From Bacillota bacterium (GTDB taxonomy: Bacteria > Bacillota > Clostridia > Christensenellales > UMGS416), in contig JAEZSC010000186.1 of assembly GCA_023422005.1 (NCBI GenBank), positions 30,219-94,218 on the forward strand: DNA of 64,000 bases, read 5' to 3'. A program made the position numbers and the translations under genes. The notes beneath the pieces are model-generated. The model saw only the letters and a program-made list of their open reading frames with translations, was not told the DNA's origin and did not search any database. Positions 15,872-26,187 of the stretch are shown here, piece after piece. How positions within the stretch are numbered: the first letter of the stretch is position 1; each line of letters starts with the position of its first letter.

Positions 15872-17047
15872 TTGAAAACCAGCGTTTTACTGATAAGTCG
15901 CAGTGAGGAAAAGCGCCAGGCGCTGCACACCCTCATGGAGGCCGAAGAGTTCGGCGTCGTGGCCGGCGTGAAGGGCGGTCTGTCGGCACTGGAGAAGGTG
16001 GACAGCATGTCTCCGGACATCGTGGTGCTGGTACTTTCCGGCGCCGATCCGGACACCTTCACCGTTTGTGAGCGCATCTATCTGGGTAAGCCCAAGTGTA
16101 CGATCGTGCTGGTGGCCGATACGGTGGATGTGGACTCGGTACACCGGGCGCTGGAGGCGGGAGCCACCAGCCTGATCGGCTGGCCGGGCAGCCCGGCGGA
16201 GTTCACCGCGGCGTTGCGGGCCGCCCACAGCCGCAAGAACACCCATCTGGGCGCGCTGGGCGACCCGGACAAGCTGGGCAAGAGCAGCAAGGTCATCACG
16301 GTGTTCGGTACCAAGGGCGGCATCGGCAAGACCACCATCGCCGTGAACCTGGCGGTAAAGCTCTCGCAGATGGGCCAAAAGGTCGCCCTTCTGGATCTGG
16401 ACCTGCAGTTCGGTGACGTCAGCGTATTCCTGGACCTGGAAGCCAAGGACACGCTTTCGGAGCTGGTGCGCGACAAGCCGGATATGGACATCGACTCCAT
16501 CCGCAGCTACATGCTGCTGCACGCCTCCGGCGTGCATGTGCTGTGCGCTCCCAACAGCCCCGAACTGGCAGACACGATCACCAGCCGCCACATCGAAAAG
16601 CTGTTGGGGGCTGTTCGCGGCTATTATGACTACATCATCATCGACACTCCTGCCATGCTGGGCGAATGCACGCTGACGGCCATAGAGGGCAGCTCCCAGG
16701 TGCTGTTCGTGCTGGGGCTGGACATCTCCATCCTGCGCAACGCCCGCATCTGTCTGGGGCTGCTGGAAAGCCTGCAGCAGCGCGACAAGGTCATGCTGGT
16801 CGTCAACCGCGAGGTGGAGGGCTCTGTCACGATCCACGACGTGCAGCGCATCATGGACCGGCCCATTGTGGCGCGCTTCCCCACCGATTGGCGGCTGGCC
16901 GTGGGCGCCCTCAACCGCGGTATGCCCTTGGTGCAGAGCGCCCCCAATTCCGCGCTCAGCCGCGCCATCGCCGCCTTTGCCCAAAGCATGGTGCAGGGCG
17001 AGGCGCCGGCCCGCAAAAAGGGCCGCGCCGCCGGGCGCAAGGGGTAG
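15872..17047 (+). CDS. cpaE: TadZ/CpaE: degenerate receiver domain plus ParA/MinD-like ATPase
   Basis: Deviant Walker A GTKGGIGKTT. The N-terminal REC-like fold lacks the canonical acidic pocket and phospho-Asp (PDIVVLVLSG). Confidence 0.85.
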   Translation: MKTSVLLISRSEEKRQALHTLMEAEEFGVVAGVKGGLSALEKVDSMSPDIVVLVLSGADPDTFTVCERIYLGKPKCTIVLVADTVDVDSVHRALEAGATSLIGWPGSPAEFTAALRAAHSRKNTHLGALGDPDKLGKSSKVITVFGTKGGIGKTTIAVNLAVKLSQMGQKVALLDLDLQFGDVSVFLDLEAKDTLSELVRDKPDMDIDSIRSYMLLHASGVHVLCAPNSPELADTITSRHIEKLLGAVRGYYDYIIIDTPAMLGECTLTAIEGSSQVLFVLGLDISILRNARICLGLLESLQQRDKVMLVVNREVEGSVTIHDVQRIMDRPIVARFPTDWRLAVGALNRGMPLVQSAPNSALSRAIAAFAQSMVQGEAPARKKGRAAGRKG

Positions 17048-17050
17048 CCC

Positions 17051-18409
<1,359 letters not shown>

Positions 18410-18410
18410 C

Positions 18411-19331
18411 GTGGTTGGCCTCATTTCTTTGATCGCCGCGGTGCTGGCCTTCTGCCTGATCGTGTTGGTTTTGGCCTTTATGCAGAGGGACAAGCTGCGC
18501 ATTCGCGCCCGTTTGGAAGCCATGGCAGCGCCGGCCCAGGCTGCCCGGGAGCGCAAGGCCCGGCCCGGCCGGGAGCGCTCCTCCCGCGTGGGCGGCCAGC
18601 TGGCCGGCCAGCTGGAGAGCGCCGGCATTCTGCTGCGGGCCGACGAATTCGTATTGATCTGGGTGTGCGTCACGGTGGCGCCGGCGGGCCTGCTGCTGTT
18701 TTTCAAGGCAAATCCGGTAACGGCCTTCGCCGTGGCGGCTGCCGGCGCTGTGCTGCCGCCCATCCTGGTGTCCATGGCCCGGCGCAAGCGGCTGATGCTC
18801 TTTGACAAACAACTGGGCGACGCGCTGGGCATCATCGGCAACTCGCTGCGGGCGGGGTTCACATTCCAGCAGGCCATGGACAGCATCGCCTCGGAGATGC
18901 CCGACCCCATCGGCAAGGAATTCGCCAAGGCCCTGCGGGAGATGCGCCTGGGCGTGCCCGTGGAGACGGCGCTGGACAACATGGTGCGCCGCATGAACAA
19001 CCCGGACCTGGAGATGCTGGTGACCGCCGTGCTCATTCAGCGCCAGGTGGGCGGCAACCTGGCCGAGGTCATCGACAGCATCGCCGTCACGATCAAGGAC
19101 CGGCTCAAGATCAAGGGCGATGTACGGGTGCTCACGGCTTCCGGGCGCATGAGCGGTACCGTCATCGGCCTGCTGCCGGTGTTTATTTCGGCCATTCTGA
19201 TGGTCATGAACCCGGCCTATGTCATGACGTTCTTCAACACGACCATCGGCATCGTCATGCTGTGCGTCGCTGCCGTCATGGAGACCATCGGTTTTCTGAT
19301 CGTCACCAAGATCGTCAACATCAAGTATTGA
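18411..19331 (+). CDS. tadB: TadB (type II secretion system F family) platform protein
   Basis: GTG 18411 follows GGAGGGA, directly after the cpaF stop. T2SSF-domain membrane protein. The track ORF 18288 start overlaps cpaF and is rejected. Confidence 0.8.
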   Translation: MVGLISLIAAVLAFCLIVLVLAFMQRDKLRIRARLEAMAAPAQAARERKARPGRERSSRVGGQLAGQLESAGILLRADEFVLIWVCVTVAPAGLLLFFKANPVTAFAVAAAGAVLPPILVSMARRKRLMLFDKQLGDALGIIGNSLRAGFTFQQAMDSIASEMPDPIGKEFAKALREMRLGVPVETALDNMVRRMNNPDLEMLVTAVLIQRQVGGNLAEVIDSIAVTIKDRLKIKGDVRVLTASGRMSGTVIGLLPVFISAILMVMNPAYVMTFFNTTIGIVMLCVAAVMETIGFLIVTKIVNIKY

Positions 19332-19338
19332 GGTCCTC

Positions 19339-20295
19339 ATGGAACTAGCTGTCCTGTGCACGTTCATACTGACGTTCTGCGTGGTCGTGATGGCGCTGGC
19401 CCCGCTGGGCCGGCGCGCCGACCACATGGTGCGCCGCGTGGGCCGTGTGGCCGACATCGGCAAGGCTGCCGCCATGGAGGCGGAGCTTGCCCGGCCCATC
19501 GGCGAACGCTTCTTCCGCCCGGCGCTGGACGCGCTGGTGCGAGCCTTAAGCCGCTCTCTGACCAAGGGCAAGAACGCCAAGCTGGAGGCCGCCCTCAAGA
19601 GCGCCGGCATCTCCTCGCGGCCCAGCGAATACCGCGCGCTGCAGCTGGTTGTCATGATGGGGCTGTCCATCGTCATGGGCGCTCTGGCCTTTGCCAACAT
19701 CTATTCGATCACCAACGCGCTGGGCATTGCCTATGACCCGCTGGTGGCAGTGGGCCTGACGCTGGCTCTGGCGCTGCTGGGCGGGTTGGTGGGCATGATC
19801 CTGATGACTTATCGCCTGCAGGTGCTCACGCGCACGCGAAAGACCAGCATTCAGCGCCAGCTGCCCGAGGTGCTGGACCTGCTGAGCGTCAGCGTGGAGG
19901 CCGGCCTGGGCTTTGACGCGGCACTGCTGCGGGTGACCGAACGAGCCCGCGGGCCGCTCATCGAGGAGCTCAAGACCGCCTACCGCGAGATCACGCTGGG
20001 CAGACCCCGATCCGAAGCGCTGCGGGCGCTGGAAGCCCGCACCGGTCTGGACGAGGTCAAGACCTTTGTAAGCGCCATCATACAGGCTGAGCAGTTGGGC
20101 ATCTCGCTGCGCAACGTGCTGCGCAGCCAGGCCACGCAGATGCGCCTGCTCAAGCGCCAGCGGGTGGAGGAACGGGCCATGAAGGCGCCGGTCAAGATCA
20201 TGATTCCCATGGCGCTGTTCATCTTTCCGGTGCTCTTCATACTGCTGATGGGGCCGGCGGTCGTCAACATCATCACTACATTTACGGGGGGCTGA
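19339..20295 (+). CDS. tadC: TadC (type II secretion system F family) platform protein
   Basis: Second T2SSF-type membrane protein (LPEVLDLLSVSVEAGLGFDAAL) immediately after tadB. Confidence 0.8.
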   Translation: MELAVLCTFILTFCVVVMALAPLGRRADHMVRRVGRVADIGKAAAMEAELARPIGERFFRPALDALVRALSRSLTKGKNAKLEAALKSAGISSRPSEYRALQLVVMMGLSIVMGALAFANIYSITNALGIAYDPLVAVGLTLALALLGGLVGMILMTYRLQVLTRTRKTSIQRQLPEVLDLLSVSVEAGLGFDAALLRVTERARGPLIEELKTAYREITLGRPRSEALRALEARTGLDEVKTFVSAIIQAEQLGISLRNVLRSQATQMRLLKRQRVEERAMKAPVKIMIPMALFIFPVLFILLMGPAVVNIITTFTGG

Positions 20296-20297
20296 CC

Positions 20298-20735
20298 ATG
20301 GCTATGATCTCGGTGAACGGGGTGCCGGTGGCGGCGTCAGTGGAGGTGGCCAACACCTTCCGGGCGCGATTTAAAGGGCTCATGCTGCGCAAACACCTGC
20401 CCGTGGGCGGCGGGATGCTTTTGACACCGTGCAACAGCGTGCACATGGCCTTCATGCGCATGAGCCTGGATATCGTGTATCTTGGCGCCGACTACACCGT
20501 GTTGGCTGTGGAGCCAAACCTGAAGCCCTGGCGTGTAGGCCGCCTGGTGCGCGGCTGCCGCCATGTATTGGAGCTGCCGGCGGGCCAGGCGGCGCTGGAG
20601 GGCATCGCCCCCGGTGTGAGGCTGGCCGTGCGCATGCCCATGGCGGGCAGCGGCAGGCTCATCAAACCCCGCAGCGCGGCGCAAAGCATCCCCTGCCACG
20701 CCCCGGCGGACCCCCCACTGATGGAAAGAAGGTAG
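20298..20735 (+). CDS. DUF192 domain protein
   Basis: Pattern NTFRARFKGLMLRKHLPVGGGMLLTPCNSVHMAFMRMSLDIVYL...VLELPAG, typical of DUF192 (COG1430). Starts 2 nt after the tadC stop. Confidence 0.7.
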   Translation: MAMISVNGVPVAASVEVANTFRARFKGLMLRKHLPVGGGMLLTPCNSVHMAFMRMSLDIVYLGADYTVLAVEPNLKPWRVGRLVRGCRHVLELPAGQAALEGIAPGVRLAVRMPMAGSGRLIKPRSAAQSIPCHAPADPPLMERR

Positions 20736-20740
20736 TGCAA

Positions 20741-22264
20741 ATGGAAGAAAACCTGCAGCCCCGCGAGGAATCCACCGGCGAACTGAAGCGCCTGCGCGAC
20801 AAGTCCGGCAAGGACGAGCTGGCCGGCGAGCTCAAGCGCTCGCTGCTGGGCGGTGTCAGCCGCGCCGATGTGCTGGCCTATGTGGACAAGCTCAAGGGCC
20901 AGTGGAGCAGCGCCGAGCAGACCTACAAGGCATACATTGCCGACCTGGCCCGGGAGAAGGAGGCGCTGCGCCTGGAGCGTGACGCGCTGGAGAGCCGGGC
21001 CAACGAGCAGCTGCTGCAACTGGAGCAAAGCCGCGCGGCCGCCGACCCGCTGAACCACCCGCAAGTGCTGGAGCTGTGCGAACAGGCTCGCGCCGCCGAG
21101 GCCGCGCTGCAGCAGGCCCAGGCACAGGCCGAGGCCGCCCACAGCCAAAACGCCCAACTTCAGGAGGAGCTGGAACGCCTGCTGCAGCAGGATCAGGAGC
21201 AGCAGCAGCACCTGCGGGAGCTGGCAGAACAGCGGGAGCAGGAGCAGGGCCGCGAAGCCCATGCCCGCTACCAGCAGCAGTCCGCCCAATATGAAGCCAC
21301 CATCGCCGAGCTCAACAGCCGCTTGAACGATCAGCTCTACGAGCTGTCCGACGCGTCGGCGCGCATAGAGGAGCTGGCACGGGAGGCCGAACACAAGGAA
21401 GCCGCCCTGCGCCAGCAGGCGCAGGCCCATGAGCGGGCGCTGTGCGAGGCGCGGGAAGAGATCCAGCGCCGCGCCGAACAGCGGGAAGCCACACTGATTG
21501 CCAACGCCAATGCCGAGACCGCCCAGCTGCGCGCTGCGCTGGAGCGCCGCCTGCAAGAGGTGGAGACCGCGCTGCACAATGCCCGTGCCCGCGCCGCGCA
21601 GCTGGAGCAGCAGGTCTATGAGCTGTCGCTGGAGGCCCAGCGCGCCGGCCGTGATCGCGACGATGCCCAAGCCGACGCCGAGACTGCCCGCGCTGTGGCG
21701 CAAGGGCAGATTCAGAAGTATGAAGAGGCTCATGAGCTCAACCTCCGCCTCAAGGAGACGCTGAGCAGCCTGCTGCTCAAGGCCGAGGCGCTGATCCGCG
21801 AGAACGAGCTGCTTGGCGGCCAGCTGCGCACCGAGCGGGAGCGCGCCGCGCAATACCAGGCCATCCACGAGCGCCTGGTGGATGTGATAGCCCGCGTGCG
21901 CATGGCCAACCAGCTGCTCAGCGAGCGCGTGGCCGACGTGGACCGGGCGCTGGGTTATGGCGGGCCCATACCCCGCAGCACGGGCATGCCCCCGCCGACC
22001 GCCGGCGCCCGCCGCCTGAGCATGGAACCGCTCAACCTGGACGGCGGCAGCTCTGCGCTCTTTGATATGATACAGGAGCTCAACAGCATACAGAGCTCGC
22101 TGACCCAACTGCAGGGGGTGCCTGCCTCGGAGGAGGATAAAAAGCCCAACATCCGTTACAGCATGGAAAAGCTGGAGATGGATTGCCCGCCCAAGAAGGA
22201 CGACGACCGGGATTCATTCCGGGTGATGGGCTTGGGGGATCATAACCAGAAGACCAGAACATAA
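20741..22264 (+). CDS. Long coiled-coil protein with a DivIVA-like N-terminal motif
   Basis: ATG 20741 (MEENLQPREE). LGGVSRADVLAYVDKL resembles the DivIVA G-[YV]-x3-[ED]-V-x2-[FY]-[LV] motif. About 350 aa are Q/E/A/R-rich with heptad character. The upstream part of track ORF 20429 overlaps the DUF192 gene. Confidence 0.6.
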   Translation: MEENLQPREESTGELKRLRDKSGKDELAGELKRSLLGGVSRADVLAYVDKLKGQWSSAEQTYKAYIADLAREKEALRLERDALESRANEQLLQLEQSRAAADPLNHPQVLELCEQARAAEAALQQAQAQAEAAHSQNAQLQEELERLLQQDQEQQQHLRELAEQREQEQGREAHARYQQQSAQYEATIAELNSRLNDQLYELSDASARIEELAREAEHKEAALRQQAQAHERALCEAREEIQRRAEQREATLIANANAETAQLRAALERRLQEVETALHNARARAAQLEQQVYELSLEAQRAGRDRDDAQADAETARAVAQGQIQKYEEAHELNLRLKETLSSLLLKAEALIRENELLGGQLRTERERAAQYQAIHERLVDVIARVRMANQLLSERVADVDRALGYGGPIPRSTGMPPPTAGARRLSMEPLNLDGGSSALFDMIQELNSIQSSLTQLQGVPASEEDKKPNIRYSMEKLEMDCPPKKDDDRDSFRVMGLGDHNQKTRT

Positions 22265-22293
22265 CTGTGGATAGGAGTCTGGTAATCATGGCG

Positions 22294-22326
22294 AAGGGGG
22301 AGGCATTGACGGCCTTCCCCCTTTGC
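22294..22326 (+). terminator. Possible terminator at the end of the Tad operon
   Basis: aaggggga...tccccctt: an 8-bp stem followed by only a short T run (ttt). Confidence 0.4.
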
Positions 22327-22518
22327 GCTTATAGCGGCTGCGTCTGGTTTGCGTCTTCCTAAACCGGTCATAGGCGTCCTCCATCGTTTCGCAAACCTCC
22401 TTTTGATGTAAAGAGGTCTTTTGTTAAGCTTGTAATTATTGACTGCTTACAGCAATACAGGAAATGTTTTGCAGTCTTCTTACGGTATACTGAAGCCAAC
22501 GCGCGCAGGAGAGGGGCC

Positions 22519-23826
22519 ATGCAGATACTCCAAATGATCAAATCCAGTCTGGACTACATCGAGCACAATCTCAAAACCGACATAACGGCTGAGGAACTGG
22601 CGAAGATGTCGAATTACTCGACATTCCATTTTTGCCGCCTGTTTTCATCGGTGATGGACTCGTCTGTTTCGGGCTATATACTCAAGCGTCGTCTTGATCA
22701 CGCCCTCAGCGAAATTGCCGATGGGAAAAAGGCCATTGATGTGGTGTCGGAATACGGGTTTGAAACATATGCGGGGTTCTATAAGGCTTTCACCAAAATG
22801 TATGGTTGCTCTCCGAAAAAGTATCTTTCGATCTATAGGCATCACAGACCCAAAAAACCGGAGGTGGCAGACATGTATACGGAGAAAGAATTGCGCAAAA
22901 TCCTTGAAAATTGGGACATTGAAAGCGGTATACCGATTGGCGGCATCCCTGTGATGGGAGGGGCGAAAGTATCCGGCAGCGTATGGATGGTTGGCAGCGA
23001 CTACATCCTGAAAACCGGCAGCCGCGAAAAGCTCATGAAAAATCTGAAAGTTGCGAAAGCTCTCGCAAAGCAGGGCTTTGCCGCTGCCCTGCCTGTACCG
23101 TTGAAAACGGGAGCCGAATATCTGGATGGCGAGCAGCTTTTTGTCTTGGCCCATGGTATCAAAGGCAGCCCGCTCCCCAGGTCCGATATGTTCGGGAGCA
23201 ACAGGGTTGGCTTCGGCATCGAATACGGGAAAAGCATTGCCCGGCTTCATAAGGCGCTGAGAGAAGTGGGAAGTGAAGTCTTGCCGGATGAGGTCAATCT
23301 GTACCAAACCATATCGGAGTGGGCGCTTCCGAATGTACGCCGGCAGAACGTGCAATGGAGCATGGGCCTGGATGAGGGATTCTTTAAGGACTATACCGAC
23401 ACCTTTGGGGAACTGTTTGATAAACTGCCAAAGCAGCTCATTCACCGGGACCCCAACCCTGGCAACATCTTATTTTGTGATGATGAGGTGAGCGGATTCG
23501 TGGATTTCGATCTAAGCGAGGTCAACGTCCGTTTGTGGGATGCTTGCTACTGCGCAACCGGAATACTTTCCGAAGCCGGTGAAGAGGCATATGAGCGTTG
23601 GTTTGATATTCTTGGCGGGATTCTGCATGGGTATGATAGCGAGAGCAGGCTGACACAGGAAGAGAAGCAGGCTGTGTTTTATGTGATTTGCTCCATTGAG
23701 ATGATCTGCGTCGCTTATTTTGATAGCCAGGAAGAATACAGGCAGCTTGCCAAAACCAGTCGTGGAATGCTCCTGTATATAGCGAACAACAAAGAAAAGA
23801 TCCAGCAAATCATTGAGCCGCAGTGA
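22519..23826 (+). CDS. AraC-type HTH (N-terminal) fused to an aminoglycoside/choline-kinase-like phosphotransferase domain
   Basis: N-terminal 100 aa carry a double HTH_18 (ITAEELAKMSNYSTFHFCRLF...YGFETYAGFYKAFTKMYGCSP). The C-terminal part has the catalytic loop LIHRDPNPGNILF and metal-binding FVDFDLS. Confidence 0.75.
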   Translation: MQILQMIKSSLDYIEHNLKTDITAEELAKMSNYSTFHFCRLFSSVMDSSVSGYILKRRLDHALSEIADGKKAIDVVSEYGFETYAGFYKAFTKMYGCSPKKYLSIYRHHRPKKPEVADMYTEKELRKILENWDIESGIPIGGIPVMGGAKVSGSVWMVGSDYILKTGSREKLMKNLKVAKALAKQGFAAALPVPLKTGAEYLDGEQLFVLAHGIKGSPLPRSDMFGSNRVGFGIEYGKSIARLHKALREVGSEVLPDEVNLYQTISEWALPNVRRQNVQWSMGLDEGFFKDYTDTFGELFDKLPKQLIHRDPNPGNILFCDDEVSGFVDFDLSEVNVRLWDACYCATGILSEAGEEAYERWFDILGGILHGYDSESRLTQEEKQAVFYVICSIEMICVAYFDSQEEYRQLAKTSRGMLLYIANNKEKIQQIIEPQ

Positions 23827-23831
23827 CGGCC

Positions 23832-24803
23832 CTAGCAGATTCTAGGCAGCCCTTCTCCGGCCAGCGGCCTTATGGTTCGTCTCCCCCCCAAGGCCGTGGC
23901 GATGGACGCGCCGCACCCCTGGGCCACGCGCCCGATGATCGCGGCGTTCTCGCCATAGGGAGAGGCCCGCAGCAGGCCCAGCGCCTTCTGCGCGTCCTCC
24001 CGCGCCACCAGGAATACCATCTTCCCCTCGTTGCCCATATACAACGGGTCCAGACCAAGGATCGAGCAGAAGCCCCGCACCGCCGGGCTCACCGGCAAGC
24101 TGGCGTCCAGCTCCAGCGCTACGTTGTACTGATGCGATAGCTCGTGCAGCACAGTGCCCAGGCCGCCGCGGGTGGCGTCGCGCATGGCGCGTATGGCCAC
24201 GCCCGCGTCCAGCAGCGAGCGCACCATAGAGTTGAGCGGTGCGCAGTCGCTGCGGATGTCATTTTCCACGCCCATACGGGCGGAAAGGATGGCCGCGTGG
24301 TGCTCGCCCAATGTGCCCGAGAGCAGTATGGCGTCGCCGTCTTGCGGCGGCAGCGGGCGGTGGCCGGGGTGCACCGCGCTGATGCCGGCGGTGTTGATGA
24401 TCAGGCCGCCGCGGCCTTCCACAACCTTGGTGTCGCCGGTCACGACGCTGACGCCGGCTTCGGCGGCGGCCCGGGCCATGGAATCCACGACGCGCTCCAG
24501 CGTCTCAATCTCCAGGCCCTCTTCCAGCACGAAGGCGGCGCTCAGGTATTGCGGGGTGGCCCCGGCGGTCAGCAGATCGTTGACGGTGCCGCACACGGCC
24601 AGTTCGCCGATGTCGCCGCCGGGGAAGAACAGCGGCTGCACGACGAAACTGTCGGTCGTGAAGGCCGTTGAGCCCGAGAGGTTCAGTATCGCGGCGTCGC
24701 CGCCCTGGCGCAGCAGAGGGTTGTCCAGGCGGCGCTTGAACACCGTATCGATGAGATCGGCCATCACCGAGCCGCCGCCACCGTGGGACATGTTGATCCG
24801 CAT
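23832..24803 (-). CDS. hypE: Hydrogenase maturation protein HypE
   Basis: ATG 24803 lies 7 nt after AAGGAGG (MRINMSHGGGG). AIR-synthase-like fold and the C-terminal PRIC motif. Confidence 0.9.
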   Translation of the reverse strand: MRINMSHGGGGSVMADLIDTVFKRRLDNPLLRQGGDAAILNLSGSTAFTTDSFVVQPLFFPGGDIGELAVCGTVNDLLTAGATPQYLSAAFVLEEGLEIETLERVVDSMARAAAEAGVSVVTGDTKVVEGRGGLIINTAGISAVHPGHRPLPPQDGDAILLSGTLGEHHAAILSARMGVENDIRSDCAPLNSMVRSLLDAGVAIRAMRDATRGGLGTVLHELSHQYNVALELDASLPVSPAVRGFCSILGLDPLYMGNEGKMVFLVAREDAQKALGLLRASPYGENAAIIGRVAQGCGASIATALGGRRTIRPLAGEGLPRIC

Positions 24804-24914
24804 AGATGGTCCTCCTTGCGAACTTCTGTAATACATCCAATCGCCGCCAACTGGCGGCGATGCTCGGCGTCTTCAGCGCCGACCGGCAATGCTATCACAT
24901 CGGCAAAGCCGACG

Positions 24915-25973
24915 TTACCGCATTGCCTGCGAGGCCTCCCGGTTGGAATACCATATTCCACACGCCCCCTCCTCGGACACCATGCACGCGCCCAGCGGAT
25001 TGCTGGGCGTGCAATGGCCGAACATCGGGCACGCGTCGGGGTGGATGCGCCCGCGCAGCACGTCGGCGCAGCGGCACGGAGTGGCGCTCTCGGCCTCGGC
25101 GATGTCGCGGGAACCGGCGTCCAGGGCCGCGAATTTGCCGCGCAGATAAAGCCCCGACTGCGGGATCACGCCCAAGCCCCGCCAGTGGGCGTCCCCCGGC
25201 TGCAATGCCTGGGCCAGCAGCGCCTGGGCGCGGGGGTTGCCGGCGGCGCTCACGGCCTCGGGGTACAGGTTCTGCACCCGGGCCTCGCCGCGTTGGCACT
25301 GGCGCACCAGCGCCAGCACCGCCATCACCAGGTGTTCGGGCTCAAAGCCCGCCACGGCCATGGGTTTGCGGCGGCTCTCGCACAACGGGCCATAAGCGTC
25401 TGCACCGAGGATTGTGCTGACGTGGCCGGGGCAGAGGAAGCCGTCGATGGCGTTTTCACTGTGGCACAGCGCGTCCATGGCCGGCAAAATGGCTTTCAGC
25501 GACGTCAGGAAGGTCAGGTTCCTCAGGTTTAATTTGAGCGCCTGCTGCGCGGCCAGCGCCCACGCCGGCGCCGTGGTTTCAAAGCCCACCGCCGCCGCCA
25601 CGAAGCGCGTGTCCGGCTGGTCCTTGGCCAGCTCCACGGCCTGGAAGGGCGAATAGATCATGCGGAAGGCCGCGCCGTCGCCCCGGCGGCTCATCAGCGA
25701 CCCGCGCCGCCCCGGCACCTTGAGCATGTCGCCGAAGCTCAGCACGCAGGTGTCGGGGGAGAGGGCGTAATCCAGCAGCCGGTCGATGACGCCCTCGGAC
25801 GTTACGCACACCGGGCAGCCGGGGCCGGACACCAGGCGGATGGCCGGGGGCAGCACATCTCGCAGGCCGCTGCGGAAGATGGCCGCCGTGTGGGTGCCGC
25901 ATACTTCCATGAAGGTCAGCGGCCGGCCGTCGTAGGCTTTTAGTTCCGCCAGTGAGCGTTCAAGGGCCGTCAT
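24915..25973 (-). CDS. hypD: Hydrogenase maturation protein HypD
   Basis: MTALERSLAELKAYDGRPLTFMEVCGTHT, GPGCPVCV and FLCPGHVS motifs. The start overlaps the hypC end by 14 nt. Confidence 0.9.
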   Translation of the reverse strand: MTALERSLAELKAYDGRPLTFMEVCGTHTAAIFRSGLRDVLPPAIRLVSGPGCPVCVTSEGVIDRLLDYALSPDTCVLSFGDMLKVPGRRGSLMSRRGDGAAFRMIYSPFQAVELAKDQPDTRFVAAAVGFETTAPAWALAAQQALKLNLRNLTFLTSLKAILPAMDALCHSENAIDGFLCPGHVSTILGADAYGPLCESRRKPMAVAGFEPEHLVMAVLALVRQCQRGEARVQNLYPEAVSAAGNPRAQALLAQALQPGDAHWRGLGVIPQSGLYLRGKFAALDAGSRDIAEAESATPCRCADVLRGRIHPDACPMFGHCTPSNPLGACMVSEEGACGIWYSNREASQAMR

Positions 25974-26187
25974 GCAGGGCCTCCTCGATGTCACGCAGCA
26001 GCTCGGCCAGCTCCCGCGCCCGCTCGGGGTGCAGCACCTCGATGGCCAGACCCGCGTGGGTCAGCACCCAGTCGCCCACTTTTGTGTCCAGCAAACCGAT
26101 GTTGGCACGGATGCGGTTGCCGTTTATATCCACGACGGCGGTGTCGTTCTCTATGCTGACAATCTGTCCGGGTGTTGCGACGCACAT
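25960..26187 (-). CDS. hypC: Hydrogenase maturation chaperone HypC
   Basis: MCVATPGQIV: the essential N-terminal Cys2, in a 75-aa OB-fold-size protein. Confidence 0.9.
   Translation of the reverse strand: MCVATPGQIVSIENDTAVVDINGNRIRANIGLLDTKVGDWVLTHAGLAIEVLHPERARELAELLRDIEEALHDGP

Noticed and set aside
15872-16250. TadZ/CpaE N-terminal receiver as a sign of a phosphorelay controlling the pilus.
   Set aside because: The acidic pocket and phospho-acceptor Asp are absent (LLISRSEE; PDIVVLVLSG). An atypical receiver is the norm for TadZ, so this is not novel.
20429-20740. Long N-terminal extensions of track ORFs: 20429 (coiled-coil gene), 18288 (tadB), 41298 (ABC ATPase), 59093 (nadB), 44125 (HK), 31660 (echD), 54988 (ycaQ), 63311 (fpg-like) and 1988 (ada).
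   Set aside because: The extensions overlap the preceding gene or intergenic repeats, have arbitrary composition, and lack an SD. Internal starts with an SD and family-typical N-termini were chosen instead.
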